Source of the DNA: Pseudomonadota bacterium | GTDB lineage: Bacteria > Myxococcota_A > Polyangia > Fen-1088 | DNA: 60,320 bases | Assembly (NCBI GenBank): GCA_017881315.1 | Contig: JADGRB010000003.1 | Span: 1 to 60,320, forward strand | Direction: 5' to 3' | Shown here: positions 28,194 to 38,959 of the stretch, piece after piece | How positions within the stretch are numbered: position 1 is the first letter of the stretch | How the letters are laid out: every line of letters begins with the position of its first letter | The notes under the pieces: model-generated | Seen by the model: only the letters and a program-made list of their open reading frames with translations | Databases searched by the model: none | Told to the model about the DNA's origin: nothing | Made by a program: the position numbers and the translations under genes

Positions 28194-28269
28194 TTCGGGA
28201 CCCTGGGAGGGTCCCGCGCCCCCCGCGATGGGCTCGCGCGAGGAAACCTCGCGCTCCCCCGACGCGATC
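28192..28269 (-). repeat. REP-like structured intergenic repeat, copy 2
   Basis: Reverse complement reads GATCGCGTCGGG...GCGCGAGG-ttt-CCTCGCGC..GCCCATCGCGGGGGGCGCGGGACCCT-ccc-AGGGTCCCGAACT; lies between convergent genes. Confidence 0.8.
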
Positions 28270-28305
28270 ACTTCCCTCCGACGAAACGCAGGCGTCCGCT
28301 GAGAC

Positions 28306-29562
28306 CTACTCCGGGACGACGGCGTCGCCCAGGAACTTGGCCAGCTCGTCGTGGTGGGAGCGCGCGTCTTCGTAACCGATGCGCGCGACCTCCGCCGCAT
28401 AGAAGCCGTCGAAGAGGATATAGGAAAGCAGATCGGCGTCGTTGCCGCCGCGTGAGGTCGCGAGGCGCCGCAGGAGCTGGATGCCGGCGCCGCCGCCGCT
28501 GCCCTTGAAGCGACCCGAGCGTGCGATCTGGCCGGCGACCTCGCCGAGGTCGGAGGACGGGCGGATCATGAATTCGTCGACCACCCGGTAGGGCGCGCCG
28601 CGCATCTCGGAGACCACCTGATCGAACCGCGCGGCGTAGTCCGGGCTGCCGGCGGCGCGCACCGCCCGGATGAGCGCGTTGAAACGGCGCAGCCGATCCA
28701 GATCGTAGTCGATGTGATCGAGCAGGAAGGCGTCCAGGACCTTTCCGACCAGAAACGCCGCGCCGGGAAACGGCATCGACTCCTCGGGGATCTCCTGGCT
28801 GATGGGCGGCTGCTGGCGGAGGCCGATGACCAGCACTTTGTCGGCCCCGAGCCGCAGCGCCGGTGACAGCGGGGTGTTCTGCCGAAGGCCCCCGTCGCAG
28901 AAGAAGCGCTCGCCGATGGAGATGGCGGGGAACAGAATCGGCAGCGCGGCTGAGGCGAGCGCGTGCTCGGGGCCCATGGTGACGGCCTGCGCGCGAACGA
29001 ACGGATCCTTGCTCCATTCGGGCGCCCGCCCGCCGGCGTTCTGGACGAACACCACCGTCTTGCCCGAGCCGATGTCGGTGGCGGTGACGGACAGCGATTC
29101 GAGGTGTCCGTCGCGGATGTTGGTCCCGATGCGGCTCCAGGGAATCAGCCGACGGACCACCCGCTCGAGCTGCTGCGTCTGCACGATGCCACCCAGGCGG
29201 CGCTGTCCTTCGACCTCCTCGATGTGTCCGCTGCCGAGCAAGGTCGCGGGCGCGCGCATGAACTCCTTGACGCCGAAGCTGACCATCTCTTCCAGCACGA
29301 AGCTCTCCCAGCGATCGCAGAGCAGCCGCCCCTGCTTCGCGGGGATGTCGGCGGTGCCGGCGAAGAAGCAGGCGTGGATGCCCCCGACCGAGGTGCCCGA
29401 GATGATGTCGAACTGGACCTGGCCGCCCAGATCGCCCGCCAGATCCTCGCGGATATAGCGCATGACGCCGGCCTCGTAAGCGCCGCGCGCGCCGCCACCG
29501 GACAGCACCAGGGCGACCCGGGGACGATCGCCGCGGTTAGGGGGTCGCGTCGGCGCGCTCAT
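28306..29562 (-). CDS. Patatin-like phospholipase
   Basis: SGGGARGAY, GTSVG, DGG. Confidence 0.92.
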   Translation of the reverse strand: MSAPTRPPNRGDRPRVALVLSGGGARGAYEAGVMRYIREDLAGDLGGQVQFDIISGTSVGGIHACFFAGTADIPAKQGRLLCDRWESFVLEEMVSFGVKEFMRAPATLLGSGHIEEVEGQRRLGGIVQTQQLERVVRRLIPWSRIGTNIRDGHLESLSVTATDIGSGKTVVFVQNAGGRAPEWSKDPFVRAQAVTMGPEHALASAALPILFPAISIGERFFCDGGLRQNTPLSPALRLGADKVLVIGLRQQPPISQEIPEESMPFPGAAFLVGKVLDAFLLDHIDYDLDRLRRFNALIRAVRAAGSPDYAARFDQVVSEMRGAPYRVVDEFMIRPSSDLGEVAGQIARSGRFKGSGGGAGIQLLRRLATSRGGNDADLLSYILFDGFYAAEVARIGYEDARSHHDELAKFLGDAVVPE

Positions 29563-29694
29563 CCAATCTTTCAGAGTATGCGCGTCCTGGTTCTGCGCAA
29601 GTTCGTTTCGCGGTATTTCTGCGCAGTTCGCTTCGCGGGTTGCGTTCGCGAAGAGCCGAGCGGCTGCCGTTTGCGGAGAACCGCCCGCTGGGAT

Positions 29695-31611
29695 ATGGAC
29701 GACCCCGACCAGCCGATGGTGGGTGATGAGCAGGACGCGTGGCGGTTCGGATCCAGGCTCTTCTGGGCCGTCCTGGGCTGCGTCGTGGTGCTAGCGGCGC
29801 TGGCCGCGCCGATGGTGGTGTATTGCCCGCACGGCGCCTCGTCCTGTCGCCTGGCCCTCAACCATCTCGGAACCACCGACGATCAGCGCTACTTCGCGGC
29901 GCTCTGGGAGACCACCCGGGTGACGATCCGCGATTTTCACCAGCTGCCCTCCTGGAACCCGTACCACTGCGGTGGGATCGTCCTCTATCAAGATCCGCAG
30001 GCGCCATTTCCGGGGCCGCTGTTCTTGCTGACGTTCTTCTGGTTGCCCACGGCGGTCGGGATCAAGGTCTGGGTGCTGGCGCATCTGCTGTGCGGCGCGC
30101 TGGGGGCGCGCGCGCTGGTGGCCGACCGGGGCGGCAACGCCGCAGAGCAGGTGCTGGGCGCGACGCTGGTGGCCGCCTGCGGCTTCATGGCGGAGCACAT
30201 CGGTGGCGGCCACCTGGCGTTCACGCCGTTTCTCTTTCTGCCGCTGATTCTCTGGGCGCTGCGGCGCGCGCTCCGCGACGTTCGCTACGCCGTGCTGGTC
30301 GCGGCTTTGTTCGCGCTGGCCGACATCGAAGGGGGGACTTACCCGGTGCCCCTCATGGCCGCCGCGGTCGCCTTCGAGTGCCTGGCGCGGCTGGGATCGG
30401 CGGCCGATCGGCGGGCCCTGGCGCGGGTGGTGCCGCTCGTCGCCGTGCTCTTCGTGTTGCTGGCGGGCGTGCGGATCGTGCCCGTGCTGCACTATCTGCG
30501 CGAGCACCCGCGCTTCATGCCGCTCGACGATCGGATCTCGATCGCCGAGGTGTTCGGGTTCTGGACCACCCGGGTGCACGGCCGCGGGGTCGCGGGACAC
30601 GGCTACGTCTGGCCCGAGTACGACGACTACGTGGGGATTGTTCCGGTGGCGCTCATGCTGGTGGGCGTCGCGCTGGCGATCTTCGCGCGCAAGGGCGATC
30701 CCGAGCGGCGGGAGCGGCGCATCGACGTCGCGCTGCTGGTCGCGCTGGTCTGGTGCGCGCTCGGGAACATCTCTGGGCCGTCGCTGTTCGGCCTGCTGCA
30801 CAAGGTGCCGATCTACGCGTCGCTGCGGGTTCCATCGCGCTACCTCGGGCCGGCCATGGTCGCCTTCGGTCTGCTCGCCGCCGGGGCCCTGACGGTCGGG
30901 CGGGGCGCGCTCGAGAAGCGCGGCCTCGGCGTGCGCGCGCTGCGGGCGGTGTTGGCGATCGAAGTCGCGTTGGTGCTGGGCATCGCGGTCGATGTCACGC
31001 TCACGAATCAACGGGTGATCCAGCAGGGACTGGATCCGGTCGTGCCGACGTCACCGCTCGTGCCGCGGGCGTCCGCCGGCGCCGACTTCTTCCAGAACGG
31101 CGGCGCGAGCTACAGCCAGTTCGCCACCTTTCCGGTCGCCGGTTTTGGGACCCGCAACTGCTACGTGCCGCTCGAATGGAAGCCGGCGCCGGGGATCGTC
31201 GACGGTCGGGTGGCGCAAGCGCGCGTCGAACCGCCGACGGCGGGCACGGTGGTGCAGACGTCCTGGTCGCCCAACGAGATCGTGCTCGACGCGCGGGCCG
31301 ACGCCGCGGCCACCGTGATCGTCAACCAGAACTACGAAACCGGCTGGCGCCTCGAGGGGGACGATCTGGCCGGGACGCTGGGCGCGTTCGTGGTGCGCGA
31401 GAATCGATTCTGGGACATCCGCGCGCGGCCGCGCGACCTCCCGGCCAAGGGGGCGATCGGTCTGCTGGCCGTGCGTTTGCCGCCGGGGGTGCATCACCTG
31501 GTGTTGCGGCACCGCCCACCTGGTCTGCGGCTGGGCCTGCTGCTGTCGCTCCTCGGCGTCGGGCTCTCGATCGCGATCGTCCGGCGCCGCGCGCCGCTTC
31601 CGCGAAGCTGA
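29695..31611 (+). CDS. YfhO-like polytopic membrane protein (putative GT-C glycosyltransferase)
   Basis: PSWNPYHCGG loop, many TMs, LRVPSRY, VNQNYETGW, C-terminal TM. Start approximate. Confidence 0.7.
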   Translation: MDDPDQPMVGDEQDAWRFGSRLFWAVLGCVVVLAALAAPMVVYCPHGASSCRLALNHLGTTDDQRYFAALWETTRVTIRDFHQLPSWNPYHCGGIVLYQDPQAPFPGPLFLLTFFWLPTAVGIKVWVLAHLLCGALGARALVADRGGNAAEQVLGATLVAACGFMAEHIGGGHLAFTPFLFLPLILWALRRALRDVRYAVLVAALFALADIEGGTYPVPLMAAAVAFECLARLGSAADRRALARVVPLVAVLFVLLAGVRIVPVLHYLREHPRFMPLDDRISIAEVFGFWTTRVHGRGVAGHGYVWPEYDDYVGIVPVALMLVGVALAIFARKGDPERRERRIDVALLVALVWCALGNISGPSLFGLLHKVPIYASLRVPSRYLGPAMVAFGLLAAGALTVGRGALEKRGLGVRALRAVLAIEVALVLGIAVDVTLTNQRVIQQGLDPVVPTSPLVPRASAGADFFQNGGASYSQFATFPVAGFGTRNCYVPLEWKPAPGIVDGRVAQARVEPPTAGTVVQTSWSPNEIVLDARADAAATVIVNQNYETGWRLEGDDLAGTLGAFVVRENRFWDIRARPRDLPAKGAIGLLAVRLPPGVHHLVLRHRPPGLRLGLLLSLLGVGLSIAIVRRRAPLPRS

Positions 31612-31623
31612 TATCCTAGGGGG

Positions 31624-33414
31624 ATGGGCGCCCCCCCGATCACGCTTTCTCCCGGTGGCGGATTTCTCCTCGAGCCGACCGGGTCGGTCACCATCTTCAC
31701 GCCGGAGATGCTCACCGACGAGCAGCGGATGATGAAGGAGACCGCCGATGACTTCGTCCTCGGCGAGGTCATGCCGCGCGTCGCGGAGATCGAGGCGAAG
31801 AAGCCCGGTCTCATGCGCGAGCTCCTGCAGAAAGCCGGCGGCGTCGGCCTGCTCGGCCACGACGTCCCCGAGGCCTATGGCGGCCTCGGCGGCGACAAGA
31901 CCAGCTCGAGCCTGATCACCGAGGCGGCCAGTCGGCAGGGTTCTTACGCGGTCAGCTTCGGCGCGCACGTCGGGATCGGCACGATGCCGCTGGTCCACTT
32001 CGGCACGCCCGCGCAGCGGGAGAAGTACCTGCCCAAGCTCGCGTCGGGGGAGATGATCGCCGCCTACGCGCTCACCGAACCGGGATCCGGATCGGACGCG
32101 CTGGCCGCCAAGACCAAGGCGGTCAAGTCGGCCGACGGCAAGAGCTGGAAGCTCACCGGGTCCAAGCTCTACATCACCAACGCCGGCTTCGCCGATCTCT
32201 TCACCATCTTCGCCAAGGTGGACGGCGAGCAATTCACCGCCTTCCTGGTCGAACGCGGCGCACCCGGCCTCACCATCGGGCCGGAGGAGCACAAGCTCGG
32301 CATCCGCGGCAGCTCGACCTGTCCGCTGTTCCTCGAGGACTGCACGATCCCGATCGAGAACGTCCTCGGCACCATCGGGCAGGGGCACAAGATCGCCTTC
32401 AACGTCCTCAACATCGGCCGCTGGAAGCTTGGGATCGGCGCGGTGGGCGGCGCCAAGTACTGCCTGGAGCTGGGGATCAAGTTCGCGCGCGAGCGCAAGC
32501 AGTTCGGCAAGCCGATCTCCGACTTCGACCTTATCCGCAAGAAGATCGGCGACATCGCGACCCAGACCTTCGTCGCCGAATCGATGGCCTTCCGCACCGC
32601 TGGCCTCCTCGACGCGCGAGCGGCCACCATCGATCCCAACGATCCGCAGGTGCAGAAGAAGCAGGTCGACGCGATCGAAGAGCACAGCATCGAAGCGTCG
32701 ATCATCAAGGTGTTCGGTTCGGAGATCCTGCACGCGACGGCGGATGAGACCCTGCAGATCTTCGGGGGCGCCGGCTACATCGAGGACTACCCGATCGAGC
32801 GCGTGAGCCGCGACGCGCGCATCAACCGGATCTTCGAGGGGACCAACGAGATCAACCGGCTGCTGGTGCCGGGCACGATGCTCAAGCGCGCGCTCACCGG
32901 ACGGCTGGCGCTCATGAAGCTGGTGGGCGAGGTGCAGCAGGAGCTGGCCGACCCGATCAAGATCGATCGCCGGGTTCCCGACGGACCGCTGGGGCGCGAG
33001 CGCAAGAAGTGCGACTTCGCCAAGCGCGCCATCGCCTACGCCGCCTCGCTGGGTGTCCAGAAGTACATGCAGCAGATCTCCGAGAAGCAGGAGCTGCTGG
33101 GGGTCCTGGCCGACGCCCTGATCCTCACCTTCGGGATGGACTCGGCGATCTCGCGGACGCTGCAGCTCATCGCGGCCAAGGGCGAGGCGGGAAGCCAGAT
33201 TCCGCTCTACATGACCCAGCTCTTCGTCGCCAACGCGCACGAGCGGGTGTTCGAGATGCTGCGCGAGATGTTGATGTGGATGTCCCAGGACGAGGAATGG
33301 GGACGGGAGGTCCGCGACATCAACACCTACTACAGCCTCGATCGCGTCAACACCTTCTCCCTGCGACGCAAGATCGCCCGCCACGTCATCGAAGCCGGCG
33401 GCTACGCTTTGTAG
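31624..33414 (+). CDS. Acyl-CoA dehydrogenase (long form)
   Basis: YALTEPGSGSDA, KLGIRGSST, RKQFGKPI, RINRIFEGTNEINR. Confidence 0.95.
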   Translation: MGAPPITLSPGGGFLLEPTGSVTIFTPEMLTDEQRMMKETADDFVLGEVMPRVAEIEAKKPGLMRELLQKAGGVGLLGHDVPEAYGGLGGDKTSSSLITEAASRQGSYAVSFGAHVGIGTMPLVHFGTPAQREKYLPKLASGEMIAAYALTEPGSGSDALAAKTKAVKSADGKSWKLTGSKLYITNAGFADLFTIFAKVDGEQFTAFLVERGAPGLTIGPEEHKLGIRGSSTCPLFLEDCTIPIENVLGTIGQGHKIAFNVLNIGRWKLGIGAVGGAKYCLELGIKFARERKQFGKPISDFDLIRKKIGDIATQTFVAESMAFRTAGLLDARAATIDPNDPQVQKKQVDAIEEHSIEASIIKVFGSEILHATADETLQIFGGAGYIEDYPIERVSRDARINRIFEGTNEINRLLVPGTMLKRALTGRLALMKLVGEVQQELADPIKIDRRVPDGPLGRERKKCDFAKRAIAYAASLGVQKYMQQISEKQELLGVLADALILTFGMDSAISRTLQLIAAKGEAGSQIPLYMTQLFVANAHERVFEMLREMLMWMSQDEEWGREVRDINTYYSLDRVNTFSLRRKIARHVIEAGGYAL

Positions 33415-33417
33415 GCG

Positions 33418-34197
33418 CTAGGGGATGCGCTTCCAGCTGGGGCGGAAGGCGGCGGAGTAGGTCGGGGGTCCGTCGGAGAGGACGTAGTCGACGCGGCGGT
33501 TGCGCGGCTCGTCGACGTTGTCGGCGGTCTTGACCTCGGGCGAGGTCTCGCCGAACCCTTCGAACGAGATCGGGAGCTTGACGCCGCGCTTGCGGAACCA
33601 GCCGGCGATCGAGCGGGCGCGGTCTTGCGACAGCTTGAGGTTGTGCGACGCGCTTCCGACGGTGTCGGTGTGGCCGGCGATGTAGAGGGTGATCCCCGGG
33701 TGCATGCTGCCGTGGGCCTTGTCCTTGGCCAGCACCTCGTCGAGCTTGGCATAGGCGGCCTCGAGCTTGGGCGTCTCCGGCGCTTCGATCTCCGCCGAGC
33801 CGGTCTTGAAGTTCACGTCTTCGTGGGGAATCGGGACGAACCAGGGCGCGATCTGGACGCCCACCCAGGAGCCCTGCGCGTCGTACGCTCGGACCTCGAT
33901 GCGCGCGACGGCCGCGTCGCTGGAGGGCGTCCAGCTGACGATGAGCGGCACGCCGGCGGGGCGCCCGGAGAAGTCCTGCTCCTCGTCGGCCAGCACCGCG
34001 TCCGACTCCGCGTAGACCTCGATCTTCACCTTGCCGGCGGGGTGCGACATCTTCACCTCCAGCCGGTGCTGCTTGAGATCGACCTTGCTCTTGTCGACCT
34101 GAACCTTGAGCGAAGACGGCGCGGCGTCTGCGCGCGGGGCGCCGCCCAGCAGGGCGGTCGCGCAAGCCAGCGCCAAAAGACCCGAGACGCGCCTCAC
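33418..34197 (-). CDS. OmpA-domain (peptidoglycan-binding) exported protein
   Basis: Signal peptide; AGHTDTVG...NLKLSQDRA...NRRVD. Confidence 0.9.
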   Translation of the reverse strand: MRRVSGLLALACATALLGGAPRADAAPSSLKVQVDKSKVDLKQHRLEVKMSHPAGKVKIEVYAESDAVLADEEQDFSGRPAGVPLIVSWTPSSDAAVARIEVRAYDAQGSWVGVQIAPWFVPIPHEDVNFKTGSAEIEAPETPKLEAAYAKLDEVLAKDKAHGSMHPGITLYIAGHTDTVGSASHNLKLSQDRARSIAGWFRKRGVKLPISFEGFGETSPEVKTADNVDEPRNRRVDYVLSDGPPTYSAAFRPSWKRIP

Positions 34198-34273
34198 GGG
34201 ACCATCCTAGCACTTTGGGCACCGCGTGGTTTCGGTCACCAGGGCGCACTTCGCCGCGTGGTAGCGTTGCGAG

Positions 34274-35371
34274 ATGCGGGTGCAATCCTGGTCGCTGGCG
34301 CTTGCGGTCGTCGCCTGGGCGGCCGGGTGCGCGACCGGCCCGCGCCCGACGATCGAACCCGGATTCGCGGCCCGCGCGTACACGCCGGGGCGGATCGCGC
34401 TGCTGCCACCCGACGTCTTCGTGGTGCTCGATCAGGTGGGCGACAACGATCCGGTGAGGTCGGCGGCGCTGGGGCAGGCGGTGTCGGTCGAGACCGTGCG
34501 CGCCGTCGAGCAGGCGCTGCGGGCCCGCGGCTACGATGTCGATCTGTCCGCGCGCTGGGACGGCATCCTCGGGAGCGACGGGACCCTGCTGGTGAGCCGC
34601 GACGAGCTGGGAGCCCTCGCCGGCGGCATCGTCGCCTTCGCGAACAGCCCCGAGGGTGGCGCCCAGGGCCCGGCGACCGTCCCGCGCCTGGTGGCGCCCG
34701 AGCTGGCGGCGCGGGTCGGCTGGGCGACCCAGTCGGACGCGCTCCTTTACGTCAACGTCAAGGGCGCGGTCACCACGCCGGGCAAGCGCGCCGCGACGAT
34801 CCTGGCGGTGGTGTTCATCGTGGTGATCGTCGCCGCGATCATCGTCCTCGCGACCCAGAGGGGCGGCGGCGGCTCCCGCCCGTCGGGAATCGGTGGCGGC
34901 CCGAGGGCGCAGCCGCTCGGTCGTGCCTCGGCGCCGTCGGGGGGTTGGCACGGAGCGTCGGCCCCGGCCCGCGCGGCTCCGGCGCGTTCGACCGGGTGGC
35001 ACGGCGGTGGCGCGGTTCCCGCCGTCCCGCGCGGGGCGCGCGTCTTCCGCGGCGGCGGCGGCCCGGGCATCGGCGTCGCCGTGATCGTGCCGCTCGATGA
35101 GCCCGTCTACACGCACGACGGCAGCGTCGGCTACGACGATCCGGTCTTCGCGGGAGACGAGCTCTACGTCTCGATGACGCTGGTCTCGACTTACGACGGC
35201 CGCGTGCTCTGGCACGCGCGCGACAACCTCGATCTGGCCGCCGATCACCCGACCGACGTCGATCGAATGGTCCACACGTTTCTCGATACGCTGCCGCCCG
35301 CTCTCCCCCACCCGCCGTCGCCCGCCGCCACGGCGGCGCCGGATGCATCCCGCCCCACGGCGCCGCCGTGA
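34274..35371 (+). CDS. Lipoprotein of unknown function with internal hydrophobic helix
   Basis: Lipobox AAGC; internal ILAVVFIVVIVAAIIVL followed by a Gly-rich region. Confidence 0.7.
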   Translation: MRVQSWSLALAVVAWAAGCATGPRPTIEPGFAARAYTPGRIALLPPDVFVVLDQVGDNDPVRSAALGQAVSVETVRAVEQALRARGYDVDLSARWDGILGSDGTLLVSRDELGALAGGIVAFANSPEGGAQGPATVPRLVAPELAARVGWATQSDALLYVNVKGAVTTPGKRAATILAVVFIVVIVAAIIVLATQRGGGGSRPSGIGGGPRAQPLGRASAPSGGWHGASAPARAAPARSTGWHGGGAVPAVPRGARVFRGGGGPGIGVAVIVPLDEPVYTHDGSVGYDDPVFAGDELYVSMTLVSTYDGRVLWHARDNLDLAADHPTDVDRMVHTFLDTLPPALPHPPSPAATAAPDASRPTAPP

Positions 35372-35393
35372 AGGCCCTCGGGTCGCGCGCGCG

Positions 35394-36776
35394 ATGATGA
35401 GCGCCCCGATCGCCGAACGTCCGACCGGTGCGGCTCCGGCGACCGGTGTCCTGCGGCAACCGCCCGGTCTCTACCTGCTGTTCGCCGTCGAGATGTGGGA
35501 GCGCTTCTCGTATTACGGGATGCGCGCGATCCTGGTGCTGTTCATCGCCGACTCGGCCCGCGGGGGTCTCGGGTGGTCGCAGTCCGCCGCGAGCCGTTTT
35601 TTTGGCCTCTACGGCTTCTTCGCCTACGCGCTGCCGGTCGCTGGCGGGTACGTGGCCGACCGGTTCATCGGCACCCAGCGCGCCATGATCATCGGTGGAT
35701 TGACCATCGCCGCCGGTCACTTCTGCCTGGCGGTCCCCGCGCTTCCGATGTTCTACCTCGGCCTCACGCTGGTGGTGATCGGCACAGGATTCTTCAAACC
35801 CAACGTGTCGACGATGGTGGGGCAGCTCTTCCGCCAGGGCGACGGACGGCGCGATGGCGCCTTCACCATCTTCTACATGGGCGTCAACGTGGGGGCGTTC
35901 TTCGGCCAGATCGTGTGCGGATATTTCGGCGAGAGCCCGCGCTGGGGCTGGCACTACGCCTTCGGCGCCGCGGGCGTGGGGATGCTCTTCGGCCTCGCGC
36001 TCCACATGCGACTCAAGCGCAAGTATCTGCCGGGCATCGGCGAAGCCCCCGATCGGCAGGCGGTCGCGAAGGCAAAGCTATCCGCCGGGCCGCTCACCCG
36101 GGAGGAGCGCGATCGGCTCACGGCCTTGCTGGTGATCATCCTCTTGACGATCCCATTTTGGATGGCGTTCGAGCAGGCCGGCTCGTCGATGAACTTCTTC
36201 GCCGCCGAGCGGACCAACCGCGTCGTCTGGGGCTACACCTTCCCCGCCTCCTGGCTGCAGTCGGTGAACTCCGGCGTCCTGATCTTGTCGGCGCCCCTCT
36301 TCGCGGCGCTGTGGACGGCGCTCGCTCGGCGGGGGCGCGAGCCCAGCACGCCGGCCAAGATGTCGGCGGCGATGGTCCTGCTCGCGGGCGGCTTCGTCTT
36401 CATGGTCCTCGGCGCCGAGCGGAGCGACCGGGGCGTGCTGGTGAGCCCCTGGTGGCTGATCGGGGCCTACGCGCTCCACACCTTCGGCGAGCTGTGTCTC
36501 TCCCCCATCGGTCTTTCGCTGGTGACCAAGCTGTCGCCGCTCAAGTTCGCCTCTCTGTTGATGGGGCTCTGGTTCTTCGCCACCTCGATCTCGGAGCTGC
36601 TCGCCGGGCAGCTCGCCTCGATCACCGGCAAGGTGGCGCGCGGCGAGCTGTTTCATCTGTTTGGCGGCCAGGCAGACTTCTATTTCATCTTCGTCACATC
36701 CTCGGCGCTCGCGGCGGTGGCGCTGGCGGTCTTCGCGCCCTGGCTCCGCCGCCGCATGCACGGCCGCGACACGTGA
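35394..36776 (+). CDS. POT/PTR family di/tripeptide:H+ symporter
   Basis: EMWERFSYYGMR, GFFKPNVS, FYMGVNVG, GELCLSPIG. Confidence 0.95.
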   Translation: MMSAPIAERPTGAAPATGVLRQPPGLYLLFAVEMWERFSYYGMRAILVLFIADSARGGLGWSQSAASRFFGLYGFFAYALPVAGGYVADRFIGTQRAMIIGGLTIAAGHFCLAVPALPMFYLGLTLVVIGTGFFKPNVSTMVGQLFRQGDGRRDGAFTIFYMGVNVGAFFGQIVCGYFGESPRWGWHYAFGAAGVGMLFGLALHMRLKRKYLPGIGEAPDRQAVAKAKLSAGPLTREERDRLTALLVIILLTIPFWMAFEQAGSSMNFFAAERTNRVVWGYTFPASWLQSVNSGVLILSAPLFAALWTALARRGREPSTPAKMSAAMVLLAGGFVFMVLGAERSDRGVLVSPWWLIGAYALHTFGELCLSPIGLSLVTKLSPLKFASLLMGLWFFATSISELLAGQLASITGKVARGELFHLFGGQADFYFIFVTSSALAAVALAVFAPWLRRRMHGRDT

Positions 36777-38959
36777 TCTTCCGCGCCGCCGCACCCGTCT
36801 TGCGTGCGCTCCCCTGTGTGTTGCTACTCTGTGGCGTGGCGAACGCGGCTCCGGCCGATCCGTTTCAGTGGCTCGAGGACGGCGACGCGCCCAAGGTGCA
36901 AAGCTGGACCGAGGCGGAGAACGCCGCCACGCGCTCGGCCCTGGACGCCGTCCCCGGCCGCGCGGCGCTCGAACGGCGCTTCTGGCAGCTCTTCGAGATC
37001 GGATCGCTCGGCATTCCCGTCTCGCGTCCGCACGGCAAGAGTCGCCGGTATTTCTACACCCGCCGCGACGGCAAGCAGAACCAGCCGGTGCTCTACCGGC
37101 GCGACGGCCACGCGACAAAAGAAGAAGACGGGGTGGACCACGCGCTCCTCGACGTGAACGGCGAGCGGGCCGACGGCACGCGGGCGCTCGACTGGTGGGT
37201 CCCGTCGGACGACGGCGCGCGCGTCGCCTACGGCGTCTCCGACGACGGCAACGAGGAATCGGTCCTCCGCGTGCGCGACGTCGCCACCGGACGCGACACC
37301 GGCGACGAGATCCCGCGCACCCGTGCCTGCTCGCTCGCCTGGACGCCCGACGGGCGCGGCTTCTACTACACGCGCTATCCGGCGGCCGGCGAGGTGCCGC
37401 CGGGCGAGGAGGCCTACCACCGCGCCGTGTTTCACCACCGCCTCGGCGACGCGCCCGCGCGAGATCCGAAGATCTTCGCGGGGCGCGAGCGCACCGACTG
37501 GCCGGGCGTCGATCTCTCTCCCGATGGACGCTGGCTGCTCATCACCGTCGAGCAGGGGTGGTCGAAGAGCGAGGTCTACCTGCTCGACACGCACGCCACG
37601 CCGTCCACCCACGCCACGCCCGTGGCGCTGGCGACCGGCGAGGAGGCCAAGTTCCGGGTCGTCGAGGCGCTCGACGATCGCATCTATCTGTTCACCACCA
37701 GCGGCGCGTCGCGCGGTCGCCTGTTCCGTGTCGATCCGAAACGCCCGGCGCGCGCGCACTGGCGGCAGATCCTGGCGGAGTCGACCGATGTGCTCGACAG
37801 CGTGGTCTACTTTCGCGGTGGGCTCGCCGCAGCCTACCTTCAAGACGCGACCGCGCGGCTGAGGCTCTTCGACGCCGACGGCGCCCCGCGCGGCGAGATT
37901 CCGTTGCCAGGCATCGGCGCCCTGACGGGCCTCAGCGCGGCGCGCGACGCCGGCGAGATCTTCTACGCATTCACGAGCTTCTTCGCCCCCACCACGATCT
38001 TCCGGGTCGCCCCCGGCGTCGCGGCGAAGGACGCTTCGGGGAGCGGCGGTTCGCCCGAGGGCGTGATCTGGCGGCAGCTGGCAGCACCCATCGATCCTGC
38101 CACCTTCGAGGTCGAGCGCGCGATGGTCACCTCGCGCGACGGCACGCGGTTGCCGCTCTTCCTCGCGCATCTCAAGGGCGTTCCGCGCGACGGCACCCGC
38201 CCCGCCCTTCTCACCGGCTACGGGGGTTTCGACGCCAACATGTTGCCCGGTTGGACGCCGGCGGCGATCCCGTTCTTGGAGAGCGGCGGGACCTTCGCGC
38301 TGGCCGTCCTGCGCGGCGGCGGCGAGTACGGCGAGGCCTGGCACCGCGCCGGCATGCTGGCCAACAAACAAAACGTGTTCGACGATTTCATCGCCGCCGC
38401 GAGCTGGCTCATCGATAACCGCGTCACCCGCGCCGATCGCCTGGCGATCTCCGGGCGCTCGAACGGTGGTCTGCTGGTCGGCGCCGCGCTCACCCAGCGC
38501 CCGGAGCTGTTTCGAGCGGTGGTGTGCGGCGTGCCGCTGCTGGACATGCTGCGCTATCACCTGTTCCGCATCGCCGCGCTGTGGGTTCCCGAATACGGCT
38601 CGCCCGACGATCCCGAGGCGCGCAAGTGGCTCTCCGCCTACTCGCCCTACCACCAGGTGCGCGACGGCGTGAAATACCCGGCCGTCTATCTCCACACCGC
38701 CGCGTCGGACTCCCGCGTCGACCCCATGCATGCGCGCAAGATGGCGGCGCGGCTGCAGGCCGCCGCGGTCAGCACGAAGAACCCCGCCACGAAAAACGCC
38801 GGTTCAAGCAAGGCCGGGGCGAATCCGATTCTGCTCTGGGTCGAAAGCCGGGCTGGCCACGGCGCCGGCAAGCCCCTCGGAAAAGTCATCGCCCAGCTGG
38901 TGGACGAGTGGAGCTTTGTTTTTTTGGAGCTCGGGGTCGCCTACCATGGCCAGCCATGA
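36773..38959 (+). CDS. Prolyl oligopeptidase (S9A), exported
   Basis: Signal peptide, DPFQWLED, GYGGF, GRSNGG, DSRVDP, AGHG; GTGA overlap. Confidence 0.93.
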   Translation: MIFRAAAPVLRALPCVLLLCGVANAAPADPFQWLEDGDAPKVQSWTEAENAATRSALDAVPGRAALERRFWQLFEIGSLGIPVSRPHGKSRRYFYTRRDGKQNQPVLYRRDGHATKEEDGVDHALLDVNGERADGTRALDWWVPSDDGARVAYGVSDDGNEESVLRVRDVATGRDTGDEIPRTRACSLAWTPDGRGFYYTRYPAAGEVPPGEEAYHRAVFHHRLGDAPARDPKIFAGRERTDWPGVDLSPDGRWLLITVEQGWSKSEVYLLDTHATPSTHATPVALATGEEAKFRVVEALDDRIYLFTTSGASRGRLFRVDPKRPARAHWRQILAESTDVLDSVVYFRGGLAAAYLQDATARLRLFDADGAPRGEIPLPGIGALTGLSAARDAGEIFYAFTSFFAPTTIFRVAPGVAAKDASGSGGSPEGVIWRQLAAPIDPATFEVERAMVTSRDGTRLPLFLAHLKGVPRDGTRPALLTGYGGFDANMLPGWTPAAIPFLESGGTFALAVLRGGGEYGEAWHRAGMLANKQNVFDDFIAAASWLIDNRVTRADRLAISGRSNGGLLVGAALTQRPELFRAVVCGVPLLDMLRYHLFRIAALWVPEYGSPDDPEARKWLSAYSPYHQVRDGVKYPAVYLHTAASDSRVDPMHARKMAARLQAAAVSTKNPATKNAGSSKAGANPILLWVESRAGHGAGKPLGKVIAQLVDEWSFVFLELGVAYHGQP

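Noticed and set aside
35495-36772. Apparent N-terminal extension making a 1154-aa peptidase
   Set aside because: Off-frame overlap with the POT gene; the real start is GTG 36773 with a signal peptide. The same artefact affects the tracked ORFs for gatB, ugd, ddl, trmL and 3313..6045.
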